Notes: generated by a model not told the origin, from the sequence alone. DNA of 64,000 bases from Selaginella moellendorffii (GCF_000143415.4 NW_003314402.1:197804-261803), one strand, 5' to 3'; counted from the first letter of the stretch, positions 10,890 to 25,675 are shown. Numbers and translations: made by a program.

Positions 10890-13800
10890 TTTTTGAGACT
10901 AGAAATGTATATGGTTTTATTTTTGAACTAGGATAGTTTATATGTTTTAATATAGTTAACACTCTGGAACTTGATTTATAATATTAAGGACATCAAGGAT
11001 TATTTTAAAATTGGACTAAAACTTGATTTTCCTTATGGATTTTCAACTACATATAAAAGATGTACATTCATGTAATTTATTCATATGACAATATTCTTTT
11101 GATAAGAGCATAGGTTGTGCTGTTTAACAAACATATGATGTTTTTGACTGGAACTTTTATGAAAAAATTCCCACACTTCAATAAGAAAATAAACAAATTT
11201 ATATTGTTTTTATTTGCTGCAGAATGTCCTTTTTTAATTCTATATGAATTGGGATTGTTGGTTACAACTTCCATACATATAACATATAAATGTTCTATTG
11301 CAAACATCTTTACCACATATTTAATTCTTCCTTGGATCCTCATAATATAATCAATTGCCACTTCTATAGAATTGTCTTTATTGTTACTTTTATAGTAGTG
11401 TCCTTATTGTGGGCACCTTCTGGAAATTTGTGATAAACTACATCCAAAACTAAATAAAAGTAATTCCAAACATTGTTATAGTATGGCACAATGTAAACTT
11501 CTCTAACTAGAGTATTCATTAGTAAGATGCAAATATGATTAAATTGAATATTCCCTAAAACTAAAATATGAGAACCTATGTGGTGATATTTCATTAGAGT
11601 TCTTCTTAGTTCACCTACATAGTAACTGAGAAAAAATTATTAACTTCTACCAAAGAAATAGATAGATAGACAATTTCTCACTAGTAGTATTTAACACAAA
11701 TAAAGATTTCAATTGCACCCCTAATCCCAACTAAGAATATCTTTATAATTTGAGTAAAATATATATCACTTGGAAAACCATATAGTTATAAGCATGAAAT
11801 ATAATATGATTATTACAAACCTACCACCATAGTTGTGTTTTGCTTTTGCACTATGATCTTAGCATGTATTGCCACAATTTTTAATTCTTCCTCTTTCATG
11901 ACATTTTCTTCAACCAAATTATCATTAGGTAAACTATTCATCACTCATTCCAACATCACTAATGACAAATATAATGTTCTCTCACAAATCATATCCAAAC
12001 CCATTTGCTAGATTATATGGTTTTGACTTTCCCCCCAAATCCACTCTATTATTTGTCATCGTGCTAACTTATGCATTTTTAGTGAGAGTAAGTGTTTGCC
12101 TATGCTTATAGAAAGTAGATTTGGTGAAAAAATAACCTTTTGCTGCCCTTGTTGCAACATATGATAGATAACAATAATTTTTCTTTCATTTTTGCTTTAG
12201 TTTGGTATGAACCATTGAGATGTGTCATTTTCTGGCTAATCTAGTGATTCCAATCCCCAGACAAATATTACAATCAACATTACAAGGCAAACACATTCTT
12301 GCAAAACTTGTGAAACTTAAAAATACACGATTATCACATATCTTTTAGTGTTTTTAATGTTGTCAACCTCGTGGTTTTTTGCTGCTTTCTTTCAAAAACA
12401 TAATATTGTTATAAATATTTTTTTTGAGGTATTTTTCAAGTCCTTATTTAGCAAATTCATAATGGAGGTAGAGGAGATAAATTGCCCAATCCGTAATGCT
12501 TTTTGGGATTGGGCTTATAAGTAACATTTGATAAGCATAGAACATAGGAAGGTTAAAGCTTTTTACTTGTTTTTATTGATAGAAGTTTTTTTATTTTGGT
12601 ATCATGCTTACTTTAGCAAAAATCTTTAACTCTTTGAGTTAGATAAGGATAATTGCTTTTCTCTAAGGCTATAAAGGTTTTAGTGAAGATCTTGCTTATA
12701 TCCTTATGCATCTAATGTGCCAGTTATGTTTTTAAATGATTTTTTATTTGATTTTGGAAATCTTTTATTTACAATTCTCATATGCACTACTATTTTGTGT
12801 TGTTAGAGCTTACCATTGCATCCACAATAACATTAATATGTCTTCAATTGATCTTAATATGATGCAAGATAAATGACTATTTAAGGATGACCTGTGATTT
12901 GCAAATGATTTTGGACTTGGAAGATGATTGAGGTTGGGATCGATGGCAGAGATGGCATGCTGTTGTTTTATATTATAGCAAGGTCCACCAACCATGGTGC
13001 TATTTGGCCTATAAAGCAATTAGAATTAGTAAAGTGATGTTTTTAATTATACATTTTTTAATATAGTTATGTGTTTGGATTATTAGGGTATAAGTTGTTT
13101 GAAAGAAACTCCATACCCTAGAAGTAATTAAAGAGTCAAAATAGTCTAATGATGCAACTATAGAGATAGAGCGAGCATAATTAGCTAAAATCAATATAAG
13201 TTTGTTACTTAATTTATATATATTTTTTACATTTGAACTTCCCACATGTGAGATAGGGTTTGCATAGTAGGGTTTAGTGGGCGGCGAGATTGTAAAGGTG
13301 TTAAGTTTTGTATCTGCTTATCGTTCTATTTGAATTGACAAGCTGAGATAAGGTAAGCAATGGGTGAAAATACACAAAGTGAATCCCTTTTTTTTTCCTA
13401 AAATATTGATGACCTTAGCAAAATTGAATGGACCATTTAGCAAGGGATTGTATAAATATATTATGAGTGTTTGTTTGGCTAGAGTGTTGCCAAACTTCCA
13501 TAACAAAATTGAGAGTGATGGATTTCTTAGAAAGGATTATTTCAAGCTTAACATTCCGATATGGATGAGCATTGGAGCAAAAAAAAAGGATGCAATCCAA
13601 TTGACAAAGAAACTCAAGAATCTCAATGATTCGTCGGAATAGATATGCTATAAAAAGCATGCCCAAAATAAAAGCCCTTCACGAAAACAATAGTACCAGC
13701 CAACACTCACTTAAGAATAAAACACACCAAATCAAGGATTATAAAAATAGCAACCAAGGTTTGCAACACCAATTTTTAATGTTAAATACTCCAAGCGCTT

Positions 13801-15800
13801 ACTAGATTTTTTATTAACTTTATTTAGCAAGAATCTACTTTATGAGTTATTGTAAATCTTTCCTAACTACAAAAGAGGATACTTCAAATGTAAAAGGTAA
13901 GTGGAGCAAAGAACTAAGCTAATTGAGCAAGTTTTTGAGTGTAAATTAAATAATCAGTTCCTTTTGTATTTATGAGTTCAAAATAAAAGAGATCTTCATT
14001 ATATTGTGATATCAACTTCAGAAAGTAGTGGTTGCTAAAATAGAGCAAATAAAAGAGTTTATAAAGTACTTGTATGACTAGAGTGTTGTAAATCTCCTTG
14101 CATTTAAGTTAAATATGTAGATCTTGAGTTTTTTAAGGTACAAACCATATTAGTTTCAATGGAAAAAACCTCATAGTTTTCAATATAACTTTTGCAATAT
14201 CTTCAAATAGCAAGGATAACAATTTTAGATAAATGGCAATGAGTTAGAACTACAATAGTTAAGAAAGTTTATAGTGGCACACTCATTTGAAAGTATAAAG
14301 CCCTACGAGTGAGGATAATTTCACTCATAGATAAGGATTTACTGGCCAATATAAAGGTTTTTTTCATATGTGAGGTAAATTGTTTTTAGGATGGCATTTT
14401 AAAATTATGCTCAACACTAAAGAAAAAGGTATGCACTAATTTTAAATTTTAAGTTCAGGAGATGTATTGGCCTAAGTGCATAAAGGCCATTGTCATTGGC
14501 AAGGATAATGAAAAAATTATTAAAGCAGTATTATTTTCAAAAGAATTTTATAGTTTTTTAATTTTTGTTTATGTAGCTCTAGACTGAATCATATGGCAAC
14601 GGATGTGAGGAGCAACCCCCATACCCTACTAAACAGAATTGATGAAGAAATTGAGTGTGAGATTATAACCAAAGAAGAAAAAGGTAAATTTCATAGTATA
14701 ACTTAATTGTATATATAATATTTTCTGGCTCTATTTACAAATAGAAGAACACTGAAAGTGCTTCCTTAAATAATGTTTTATTAAAATGTGGATAATATTA
14801 TAAAAAAAATTTATTGTTTTGCAACAATCTTCACTAAATTTATTTTTTTTTGCTTGTGTGTATTAATTATAACTAACTTGTATAACTTTGTAAGTGTCAT
14901 CCACAATAGTAAAAGCTTAGCCTATGGCCATAAATATTTATAAGGAGGTGTATTGATTCTTAAGCTTGTATATATTATATAATATATGAAGAAAAAGAAG
15001 TGGAATACACTGTAAATGCACAAAAAAAATCAACAACTATTAATAAAGTAGTATAATAACAAATCAATATAAGTAATTTTATTTTTTTCCACTCAAATTT
15101 AGCAAATACTTGCAAGAATTTTCTAAGCTTAACATAGCAATTCTAAGAAAATTAGTGGAATTGCTCCTTGAATTTAAGTTTTCTTTTGTTAACATAAAGC
15201 AATTTTATAAAAATGAAAACTATATTTACCAATTGCCAAATGCTTGCAAAATTAAAACTGAACAAACCTTAAAGGACATTGTTGATAAGAGTGTGAAGTT
15301 TGAACAATTGATTATATTTAAAGAGGCTTGGTCCATAAATACTTGGGACTACACCACTATGATATTAAAAAATTAAAATGTAATTAAAACCATATCTATA
15401 AATATGGTTCTATATATAAAAATTTATATGCAACACTATATCTGAATTGTGAATAAAATTATGTGAACAAAATTGGCAAACATTAGTTTCCAAACTATAT
15501 ATGTATCAGTAAACTATATACAAAAGTATATGTACATTTATTCTCAAAATACAACTCAATCATATTCAAAATTATACAAAAAGCCATTCCTTGTGATTGC
15601 CAAATAGCACATAAATCATGATGAAAACTATGTACAAAACCATTAGTGGTTGTGGTCCCAAAACCAATGCATTAACAATTAAGAAACCAGTCATGAAACC
15701 ATTAAAATCACATATGGTTTAACCACAAGCACAACCATTTTGTTTTGGTACTAGTTATAGTAAAAAAACCATGTTGATGAGCATATTGTGGTTGTGGTGC
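10890..15800. mobile_element. AT-rich degenerate block, probable transposon relic (unit 2)
   Basis: Abrupt shift to very AT-rich sequence with only short broken ORFs. AACCA/TGGTT motifs cluster near 15630-15800. Repeated at ~25890-31100 and ~40440-42140. Family not identified. Confidence 0.45.
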
Positions 15801-16589
15801 TAGACAACACTATATGGCATGGCATCTGGCAGCCAGATGTCTTTCCCATGGAGATGAAGGCCAAAGTGTTGGAACCTTTGGTGGATCACAGCTGGAAAAA
15901 TCAAAGTACTTGATAATGGAGAAGAAAATTTGTGCACCTTGACTTGAATCATGATCTGCTCCATAAGTTGTTGTGACAGCCATCAAGGCAATTTTGACGC
16001 TAAATCATCTTTGCAACCGGCAAGAACAACATTCTAGGAGTAGTGGCTCAAGGTGCTGTTTTAAATATCCTTGCAAAATGTTTGCACTATGCAAAACACA
16101 CAATACCCATTCCTCATTGAAACGCCATCATTTGCTCTCACTCACTTGTTTTCTTTTGCATCTCCACTCAGTGAGCTGCTAAGCCTTAGATTATCATCTG
16201 GAGGAAGTAGGGAATTCACAGCATAGAGTTTTGGAGTTGAAGTGTTGTTGGGATGTTAAGTATGAAGCTCAAATTGCATATGCATTGTATTTTTCTGGTA
16301 TGTTGTTGTGTGGTATTTTTTTTCCCAATATGTCTGTGGTACAATGTGGCTTGGTTTTTAAGGAGTCCTCGCACTTCCTAGTCCATTTCTCGTCACAGGG
16401 TCTTTTAGTGGTAATAAATTCCCACTCGAAGATAATATAAGCAAGGAACTAGTGGTTTCCAGAAGCCGAGTTTATTCGTCCCCAGTTTTTAAGTTGGAAA
16501 GTTGCAAGAGGGAGACTGCACAGGTGATGGAATTCTGCTGCTGTGCTCATCAGCAAAACTTGAGCACCCGAGTTGGATCAACCGGGGAT

Positions 16590-16970
16590 AAGAAACTGGG
16601 AGGCTGTATCAAACGTCATCCTGGCATATGACCAAAACGCTTAAGCAAAGAGGTTGTTTCTTTTGATGATTTATCCAGAGAGTTGCTTCTCGTGTAACAT
16701 TTTGATCAAGGGGTTTGTGGATGCCGGGAAGCAGCATTTGCCCTGGCATGGCATTTGGAAGAAGCAAAGGGTTTCGTTTGATGCAATGCCTCAGTATGAC
16801 GTGCTCGCAAGAAACACAATGGTCACTCTATTTATACAAACAGAAAACCTTGAACACACAAAGTACAGGTTGTCTCTTTTGCAAAGTTGAAACGTTTTCT
16901 CCCAGAAAGAAGCACAATATTAACTCTTGGCCTTGTAGATCGGAATCATACTGTTCTTCACTTTTTTCAA

Positions 16971-17017
<47 letters not shown>

Positions 17018-17600
17018 TAATAGCGTTTTGAGCAGCTGTTCTTCCATCCAGGCATTTGCTGTTTTGGTTCAATTTTGCTTAAACACCAGCGACCTTCACG
17101 ACATAAGAGCTAGATTGATTCACAGTGAGCACCACAACGATCGCTACCTCGCCAATCTCATCGTCCAAAAGTATGGGGAGCTGTGGGGTGCTCGACGGAT
17201 CATCGCTGGCTCTTGCGGAACATCTTGCTGGGAAAAATCGGTTGAGCGGAGATCCAAGAGGGATGTGGTCGCATGGAACTTGATCCTCGCAGCGTATGCC
17301 TAAAACGCTCAGTCAAAAGAGATGTTTCTTTGGATGATCGAGGAATGTTTTGATCAAGGTGGGTTTGTGAATGCCATGCGAGAAAGCAGCAGTTGCCGGG
17401 ACAAGGCATTTAGAAGACGCAAAAGTTTCAATTGACGGGATGCCTCAACAGAATGTGCTCGCAAGAAAAACAATGATCATTCCTTGTTTTACGAACGGAG
17501 CACGCTCTTAAAGACGCGATACGCCTGTTTGAGAGTATGAGCATCGTCTTGTCTCTTGTACGGCGTTGATCCAGGCGTTTGGGAATAGAGGGCTCCTCTG
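16590..17600 (+). pseudogene. PPR (PLS-type) gene remnants
   Basis: FSCNILIKGFVDAG, FDAMPQYDVLARNTM, DRYLANLIVQKYG and RDVVAWNLILAAYA, with stops and frameshifts. Shorter pieces occur at ~1190-1360, ~6800-6880 and ~42420-42730. Confidence 0.7.
16971..17016. repeat. Compound (CT)n(CA)n microsatellite; shorter allele at ~32280-32304
   Basis: Seen directly. Confidence 0.9.
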
Positions 17601-17995
17601 CCGATCTTTGATGGGATCCGGGCGATCTTGTCACCGACGTCTTGAAAGATCTTAGATTCTATCCGCAATCGCCGAGTCCTGGCGATGGGTGCTGCATATC
17701 ATTCTGCGTGACGTGATCTCCAGGATTTGCGAAGAAGAAGCTCGTCGATCAGATGCGCGATGCTGGCGCGCAATTGATTGGGGCTTCCCGCTACATTTTC
17801 CCGCGCTATCGTCTCTACTTCTCCATTCTAGGGTTCTTTCTTGGAGGCGACGTAGGTTTTCTATTGCCCGCGTGGTCGAGGAGACGGCGCTGGGGGGCGG
17901 CCTTGATCGGCGTTCTGGAGCTGCACAGGTAATGGGACTCGACACTCCGGGTTTTAGAAATAGGAAGAGGCTCCAGCTTAAGGCTCCGACGAGCA

Positions 17996-20270
17996 GTGCC
18001 AAGGCGAGGAGCCCCAGCCAGCGTTGGTAAATCGTGGACGACAGGGAGCTCTAGATGTACGGTGACAACAAAGGTCCCTGCGGCAAAATGTTCCATCGGC
18101 TGTGGATCGCCAAAAACTCCCGCAAAAGCTGAGGCTTCTAGGACAGCAAAAATTCCCGAGGTGATTGTTGATAGTGGAGCAGAGGATTTAGATGATTCGG
18201 GAGTAGAAAGTGGAGCAATCGATGGTGGGGAAGAAGAGGTAAACAAGATTATGACTGGAGGAGGAAATGATGCCGAGGTGGAAAGAACAACAGTGGTGGA
18301 GAGCTCCATTGAGACTGTCAGGAAACATGGCGAGGCTGTTTCTAGCGCCTTAGCTGGACTTTCAATCAGAGGTAGTGCCTTGACCCACGGTAATCCCGTT
18401 AAGATGGAAACTGGTTGTGGTTCCGTGAAAGCTGAAGCTTCGGTTTCGATCGCAGCTGGATGTGATCCTACGAAAGTAGATGGCTTGGTGAAGATGGAAG
18501 CTGGTTGTTTTAGATGCAGAGAGGTGGTGGCTTCTCCAAGAGACTGAAGTTGCCGGGTACTCGACGTCCAGGGGATGCCGGATTCGTGTTGGCGAGTTCG
18601 TGTCCTTCAATTTTCCCAAGCCTGAAGTCGAAAGTAAGAAGAAGTTCTTTTGACCACAAGAAGGTTCGGCCGAAAGCGAGCTCCGACATTGTAAGGTTCT
18701 TGACAAAAGCTTCAGGAGAGGTACGTTTCACTTGACTTGTTTCTTCGTTTTAATTCTAACCATTTGCTCACAGATAGGACGGCTTCCAGCCGACTGGGCC
18801 AAGTGTTTGATACCTTTGGGAAGTGCAAAATGGCACCAGAGGCTCTTTCTCTTATGAGCAGCATAGTTCTCCATTTGAGGTAGAGTTTTCTGTGTTTACC
18901 AGAGACGTTACGTATATGATGTGCTTGCAGAGTTTATATCAACAAGTCAGAAGCTTACGAGGAGGGGGATGAGCGCGGATTGAAGCTTCTGCAAGCTATC
19001 TTGAAGCCGGTAATGCTTCGAAGAACAAAATATTCAACTGATAAAGAAGGAAGGTAAGCATTATTTTCTTTGCACCGTGCCTTGTCTTGTATTCACTCAC
19101 AAGTTGGATTCACAGACCAATTCTTGTTCTCCAACCGGCTCAATGTGAAGTTATTGAATGCAAACTATCTGAGCCTGAACGTGATTTTTATGATGCCCTT
19201 TACCACAGATCTAAGGCATGAAGAACTTCTCTTTCTTTTATTTTCTCTTTTTTCTGAACACGTTTTTGCTTTTGTGATCAGGTAAAATTCGATCAGTTCG
19301 TTGAACAAGGCAAGTTCTTCGTTGAAAAAGCTGGCTAGATTTTTCTTGGACAAGAATTCCTCCCAGGTGCCTTCGACGGCGTATGTCAAAGAGGTATTCG
19401 TAAAGGAGAAAGTGCTGAGTGCCCAATTTGTTCGGAGATGCCAGAGGACGCAGTTCTTACATCGAATGTGCCGTGAGTGCCTATTTAATAGCTGGCGTAC
19501 TAGCGTCGGAGGTCCCTGTCCAATATGCAGGTAACATTTTTTTTTTTTTTTCGAGAGCTCTTTTCCATATCCATAGCTATCATGCAGGCGTTCCTGTACG
19601 AAAAAGGAACTCATAGCTGTACCAACAAGTAATCGGTTTCGAATAAATGTCGAGGAGCAGTGGAAGGAGTCGTCCAAAGTCGAGGCTCTGCTGCACCACC
19701 TCCAGACGTTAAGTGAGGCCGGGTCGAAAAGCGTTGTTTTTAGTCAGTGGACAGCGTTTCTCGACTTGTTAGAGATACCATTGAAAAGGTACGAGCGTCT
19801 TTCCTTTTGGTGCTTTCTCTTTGTTTGTGTTTCTAACAATGCACTGCCAGGAAGAACTTCTGTTTCGTCCGCTTGGACGGAACACTATCGCAGCGTCAGT
19901 GAGAACAAGTGCTCAAAAACTTCAGCAATATTCCAGCCGTGGTGGCCGTAAGCTTTTTGTGTTGCTTACCTCCAAGAAACCACTCTATTTTGTGGTCATG
20001 CTCAAGCTTTTCTCATGGTACGCGCTATAGTTTTCTTTTTTAGCCATCTTCCGAGTCGAGAATGTGGACAATCGAGCATCAGTCAGACGAAGAACGTATC
20101 GCTCAAGTGATTCATCGTCAAAGTAAGCGCCACTTGAAACTCTCTTTGACGTTTCTCATGTCTCTAGAGCAGGACTCGGTGGAGGAGAGAATGCAACAGG
20201 TCCAAGCGAGGAAGCAGCGATTGATCGCGGGGGCTCTCACAGACGAAGAGGTGCCAAGCGCTCGAATCGG
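17996..20270 (+). pseudogene. RAD5-like gene fragment, unit 2
   Basis: HIRAN SSDIVRFLTKASGE|IGRLPADWAKCLIPL, RING pieces (ECPI..MCRECLFNSWR..PCPICR), helicase-C and C-terminus. Its deletions differ from those in unit 1. Confidence 0.85.
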
Positions 20271-20749
20271 AGAAGAACTGGAGTCCTTAGCATTTTTTTA
20301 ACTTATAGTTAAAGAGGGGAATATGCTTCTAGCGTCGGCGCGTATATTCTTCGGATAGTAGGGGTACAAGCATTTCTAGGTTTCTTCGCGGCTATGGCGG
20401 ACAGCGAAGGAGCAGGCGATCGCGTCGCAAGTGCGTTTGATTCCGGCAGCATCGGCGACGAGCAAGGTGCATGCTAGGATCGCCTCGGGAAGCAGCAGCA
20501 GCGCCGGCGCCGGCGCCGCGCCGCGATTTCGCTGGCCTAGAGCCGGAGTAGCCGATCTAGATTCATGCAAGCATATGATCTCTAGGAAATTGAGCTGAAC
20601 GCTGAGGCTTTGCAGGCGATCGCGTCGATTCCTCTCGTCTCCGCGGCCGGGGCGGCTAGAAAGCCGGGGCGCATTCTAGAGTTTCGGGGTTTCTGGGGCG
20701 ATCAGTCATGTAGCGGGCAGTGATTCTCTCACAGGAGCTGGAAGTCAGC

Positions 20750-21815
20750 CATGACGTGGAAGCAGTAGCAGCTACAGGACCCAGCAGTCGCAGCTCACGG
20801 TCCCTGCCACAGCTTTGCTCCTTCTGGAGCACCTGGAGGAGGAGGAGAAGGTCCTCCTCCACGACCACTCTACGTCCCAGCAACAAGATTTGGTGGGTGG
20901 TCACCTCACTTCCAACGGCACCAAGACGCAGAGTCCAAATGACCTCCTTGGACGTTTGTGGGCTGCTCTTCCGTCGTCAAGCCACACTTTGTTTGACGGA
21001 GAAAGCGAACGCAAGACGTCAGCCCGGAGCTTTGGCGTTGAAGTGAACGAGATGTCCCGGGAAGTCGATGGAGGTGGAGCTGCTGGTTTCGCACTTTTGA
21101 AGCGAAGGGGATCGGAGCTTGCCGCCTCGCACTACCTTTAAACGGCTACGACTATAACGACTCTAATAAGCCGAGGACAAACTCAGCATCCGGAAGACTA
21201 CAGGACTATCGTGGGAGATACGTAAATGGAGAGGCCGAATTTGAGCGCGGAGGCGATGAGGTCGAGGTACCGGTCGTGCAGACGCCAGACGCGGTGCTCG
21301 GGGTGCTGTTGGCCAGTGCATTGCGGTAAATGAGAGGCATAAAGATGCTGATCCAAGTGACATCACCTCCTGCGATATCTCTGATGGAAGGGACGAGTCG
21401 CTTAAATCTTCAAACGGGTCTCAGTCGAATGCTAGGAGAAAACATCAACAGGAATGGAGGATAAAACAGGCTGACTCAAAGGCAGCATTTCCAGCGGAGG
21501 AAAAACCGGACTACAAGGTTGCAAAGGCACGGTCTTTGGCATCTCAACTTGAACGTCTAGGCTTGCCATCGGGAAGTATGCAAAACTCTTCCGTTGGCGC
21601 GGCTTTTGAGGAGTCCAAACAGAGGCTCCATAATCTAGATGCTTTGGAAGGAGAAGGCGTGACGACCTCTCTAGATCTCGAGGAGCTACAAATTGACGGT
21701 CACCGTCGTGAGGGTAAAGCTCCACAGTTTTACAAGGTTTGTGCTTGCTTTTTTTCTTTCTCTATTTTCATGTGTTTGTATCTCTGGTTACAGCCGAAGG
21801 AGAACCGTTTCAGGA
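20750..21815 (+). pseudogene. URT1-like fragment, unit 2 (heavily deleted, no catalytic exon)
   Basis: Co-linear pieces of 3941-5650. Confidence 0.65.
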
Positions 21816-22092
21816 CCTCTGAAGAACTAAAGGTATGCATATGCATATTCTTAATATTGTTATGTTTTCCATGTTTTACCATTTACTCTATACACCAGAT
21901 TTTAAAATACTCAAAACCACGAGAGTAAAGTAATATCCTGAGAATACGATTTGTAAGAAAAACAGAAACTGTGTCTTCTCCAAACGCTGCTGACGGCTTG
22001 GAAATCTCTGTTTTTGTTTTTTGAGTGATGCAAAATAGTGTAGCATTTGCGCAGATCGAGAACCCAATCGATGTCCACTGAAGGAGCAAGGT

Positions 22093-25000
22093 TTAATCCC
22101 AGAATGTTATCTGGAGATCCGGCCGCTCCTCAAGCCATGGTGGAACTTTCGTACCTTTTTGGCAGCATAGGACTTTGAGCCTGGGAAATAAGCCAAGGCC
22201 GTGATCGTCTGAACTCAATTGGGGCCACACTACATCATCATGATCAGCGAGCTCAAGAACCTCCAATCCTGGAAGGGATGCAATGGATGATGGAATATTT
22301 TCGATCGTAAACAAGGTTACACCTCTTAGAGCAGTCATCTGGTCTGTTGGCTCAAAGAAATCATTGGGGAGCTGCCTCATACAGCTCAAAAATAATGTGA
22401 ACCGTTCCACCTTCAGCTGTGATCTCTCGGTTGGCATCAAGAGTCTCCTCATGTAACCTTGTACATGCAGCAAATCAAGGTCATTGGGGAGTTGTGTCAC
22501 AAAGAGAGGCAAATGCTCCCATGTATTATCAGGAGCCAGATAGAATGTTAAACTCTTCAGGTTTGGAAGACTTGCTGCCAAATCATCCTTGAACTCCGAC
22601 TGTGCAATGTGCAGATTTTGAAGCTCCAGCCATTCGAGGCATGGGAACAATCCATCCAGACTGAAGAACTGGATACCACTGCAGTCTATGTAAAGTTCTT
22701 GTAGCCGTTGAAAGCCCTTTAGCCAAGACAGGTCTTTCATTGTCCCCATCCTTAAATATTGGAGCTGTGGCCATTCAAGGGTTTCGGCATTGTTTTCACC
22801 GTCTTGTACCCCGTCGATTGAAAAGTGCTGAAGCTGGTTGGAATTCTTAAACATTCGCTTCCAGTCAAGTTTGATAGTCGATTCCACATAAATGTGACAT
22901 CGTCTTAGATTGACAAGTTGCCACGGGCCTGTGAAATCGCCAAAGTCCATGCTCTTTGCACGCAACTCCAGTTTCTCAATGTGCACTAGTGCACCAAGGC
23001 TGTGAGGTATTTTTATTGTTGCCTTGTGGAGGCCTAGCTCTAAATGTCTTAGCTTGTGTAGGCTTGAAATTCCACTCAAATCCACAGCTAACTCCTTACC
23101 GAATTGAAGCTTCAGCTCTTCCAAGTTGAATAATTGGGGCAGTAATGCAAAGTTGAATTTTGTGGTATCATCGCATTTCAAAACCTTCAGTGATGTCAAG
23201 CTGAAGAGCGCATCTGGGAATATTGTCACACTTGAACAGGACACGCTTGAATATCGAAGGTCAAGCACTTGAAGGTTTCTCAGCTTGGATATGCTCTCTG
23301 GAATAAAACGGACCAAATTATAGCTTTCATTCAAGCTCAATACCTTGACATTTTGGATGTGATCTATAATAAGACTGACATCCACACCAGAAATTCCATA
23401 ACATCCATCGAGAAGCAAGACATCTCGCACATGAATGTCAGACAAAAGGCTGCTTGTAACCTTCTTTCCAATGAATGAAACTTTAGAAAATGTTGGAGAA
23501 ATCCCAGGTGGACAATCATAGCCAAACAGGCATCCCTTCTCGTGCTCTTCCTGGGGTGGGTACTTCCCTTTCAAGATTCTTATGCACAGCTTGCGTACCA
23601 TATCGTGCACAGTTACATACTTACGCCATTGATCATCAGTTGTCTTCACTAGGCATCTTCGTTCCAGTTCACTAACAATCTGCAGAGGCGAGAGTTCTGA
23701 CCCAACCGCTATCCAACATTTTCTCAGATCATCAAAGTGGATTGGCCAATCTTCTGGAAACGCAGCCACATAGAGAAAGCACTCTTGCAGCTTTTCATCC
23801 TTATTAGACAGCTCGTCATAGCTAAACTTCAAGCGCTGGAACATCCGCTTCTCAATGTCCCCGTCATTCAACAAATGCATCTTCTGATAGCATTCTTTCC
23901 ACACCTGCGGCCCTTTGTTCCTGTAGACAGCCATGGCACTGCCAATCACTTCAAGAGCTAAAGGGAGCCCCTCACATTTGCTAGCTATTCTCTCGGCAAC
24001 TTTCACAATGTCCGGATCACTAGGTAGTGAATCATAAAAGGCAAACTTCCAAAACATCTTTTTGCTCTCGTCCTCTGATAGCTCATGCACAGGAAATGCC
24101 TTTGCACCCAGCATGCTCAAAATGCCTTCCTTTCTGGTTGTTACCAGCACCCGGCTGTAAGAGGACGGCCCTGCTATAAAATCCAGTCCCTTGGCCCAGC
24201 TCATTTGCCACACATCATCCAGTATCAGCAAGGCACGAATTCCACGAGCAACATTTTGTGCCAAATGCTGCACATGCTCAAGGGTGCCTGCATTTTGGGC
24301 CCTCTCTCTCATGCCGCCCCATTCAAGAGCATTCAGGAGCTGGGCCCTGAGATCGTCCTCCGATGCATCTTTCTTGACAGTAATCCACACAATGTTGTCA
24401 TGGAAATGCTGCCGGACCCTCTGGTCATTGTTCACGAATCTTGCAAGGGTGGTCTTGCCACACCCTCCCATTCCCAGGAGTCCAAACCATTTCCCCGGGG
24501 CTTGTGGATCCAGGAGGGCATTCACCACCTCATCCAGCTGCTCCCCATGGCGGCCAAACATGTCGCTGGGCTCGGTAACACCATGCCGTACATAGTTTAC
24601 GAGACCTCTGTCTTGTGGACAACTCCGTACGGAAAAGCTGGTGCTCGGCTGTATCACTCTCAACTCTTCTCGCTCGTACCTTTCAATCTGCGGGAGGAGA
24701 TCGTTCTCGCAAGTGCGTACCAGCTCCGAAATCGCGCCAGATCGCTTCTCCCTGCGCGACAGATCCATCTTTTAGCTCCATTGCTTCAAACATGAATTCG
24801 AATAAGCCTTACTGTGATCCAAGCAGCGCTTGCGCCCTCGCAGTCCATTCAGTCAGTTCAGTCAGCCACGCCTCAGCCTCACCAGAGTAGCGGAAATCTG
24901 GATTCTTGTGCTTGGGAGCATTAAACTTGTCAAGCGTGGCCTGGATTCTGGATGTCTTCTTTAGCTCCTCAATGTGGACATTCAGCTCATGCTCGTGACC

Positions 25001-25432
25001 CTGGATCTGCGACAGGAGATCGCCGTGGGCACTTAAGGACTTCGCGATCTCGTCACTCCGCTTGTACCTATAGGAAGTGGAGAAGTTCAACCAGCTGCCT
25101 GCCATTTCTACACACACACACACACAAAAGATAAAATGCTACTGTACCGACCGCTTTATGGGGCTCCAGATCCTGTTGTGGCGTGATCCCAAGAGTGCTT
25201 GTGCCTTGGTGTTCCATTTCCTGACACGCTCCAAGCATTCCTCGGCCGCTTGAGAGAACATAAAGCCAGGTCCATTTCGCTCCTTGTGGTGATCGAAAGC
25301 GTTGATCTTGGCCTGGATGTGGTGCGCCTTGTTCTCCAGCGTTTCAATGTTGGCATTGCAGTCCCATATCTTCTTAGCAGGGCCCAGAGCCAAGCCACAC
25401 AAGGCGCTTGCCAAGGAGCCCACACCCTCCAT
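22093..25432 (-). CDS. NLR copy 3, ~1064 aa; exons 25152-25432, 24813-25067, 22093-24751
   Basis: Same motifs and splice sites as copy 2. Exon indels are multiples of 3. Confidence 0.92.
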
Positions 25433-25675
25433 GCCTGTAGACCTACAAGTAAAGGTCGTCTCCCAGAACTCCTGGCCTTGGTATCCCCTTTTAAAATGGA
25501 CAGTAATTTTCAGAGAGGTATAAGCTGTTACAAAGGTAAATTGGAGTTGACTGCTTGCAGTAGAGCGAGTAGAGGACCTCGTGCAGCACCCTCCCTCTTG
25601 CAATGCCAGCTGTGACCAATTGGAGTTGATTGCTTGCAGTAGAGGGCCTCGGGCAGCACCCTCCCTCTTGCAATG

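Noticed and set aside
10885-10905. CACTA or Helitron (CTAG) terminus at the left edge of the AT block
   Set aside because: No matching TIR/TSD or GC-rich hairpin was seen, and CTAG is not conserved in unit 3.
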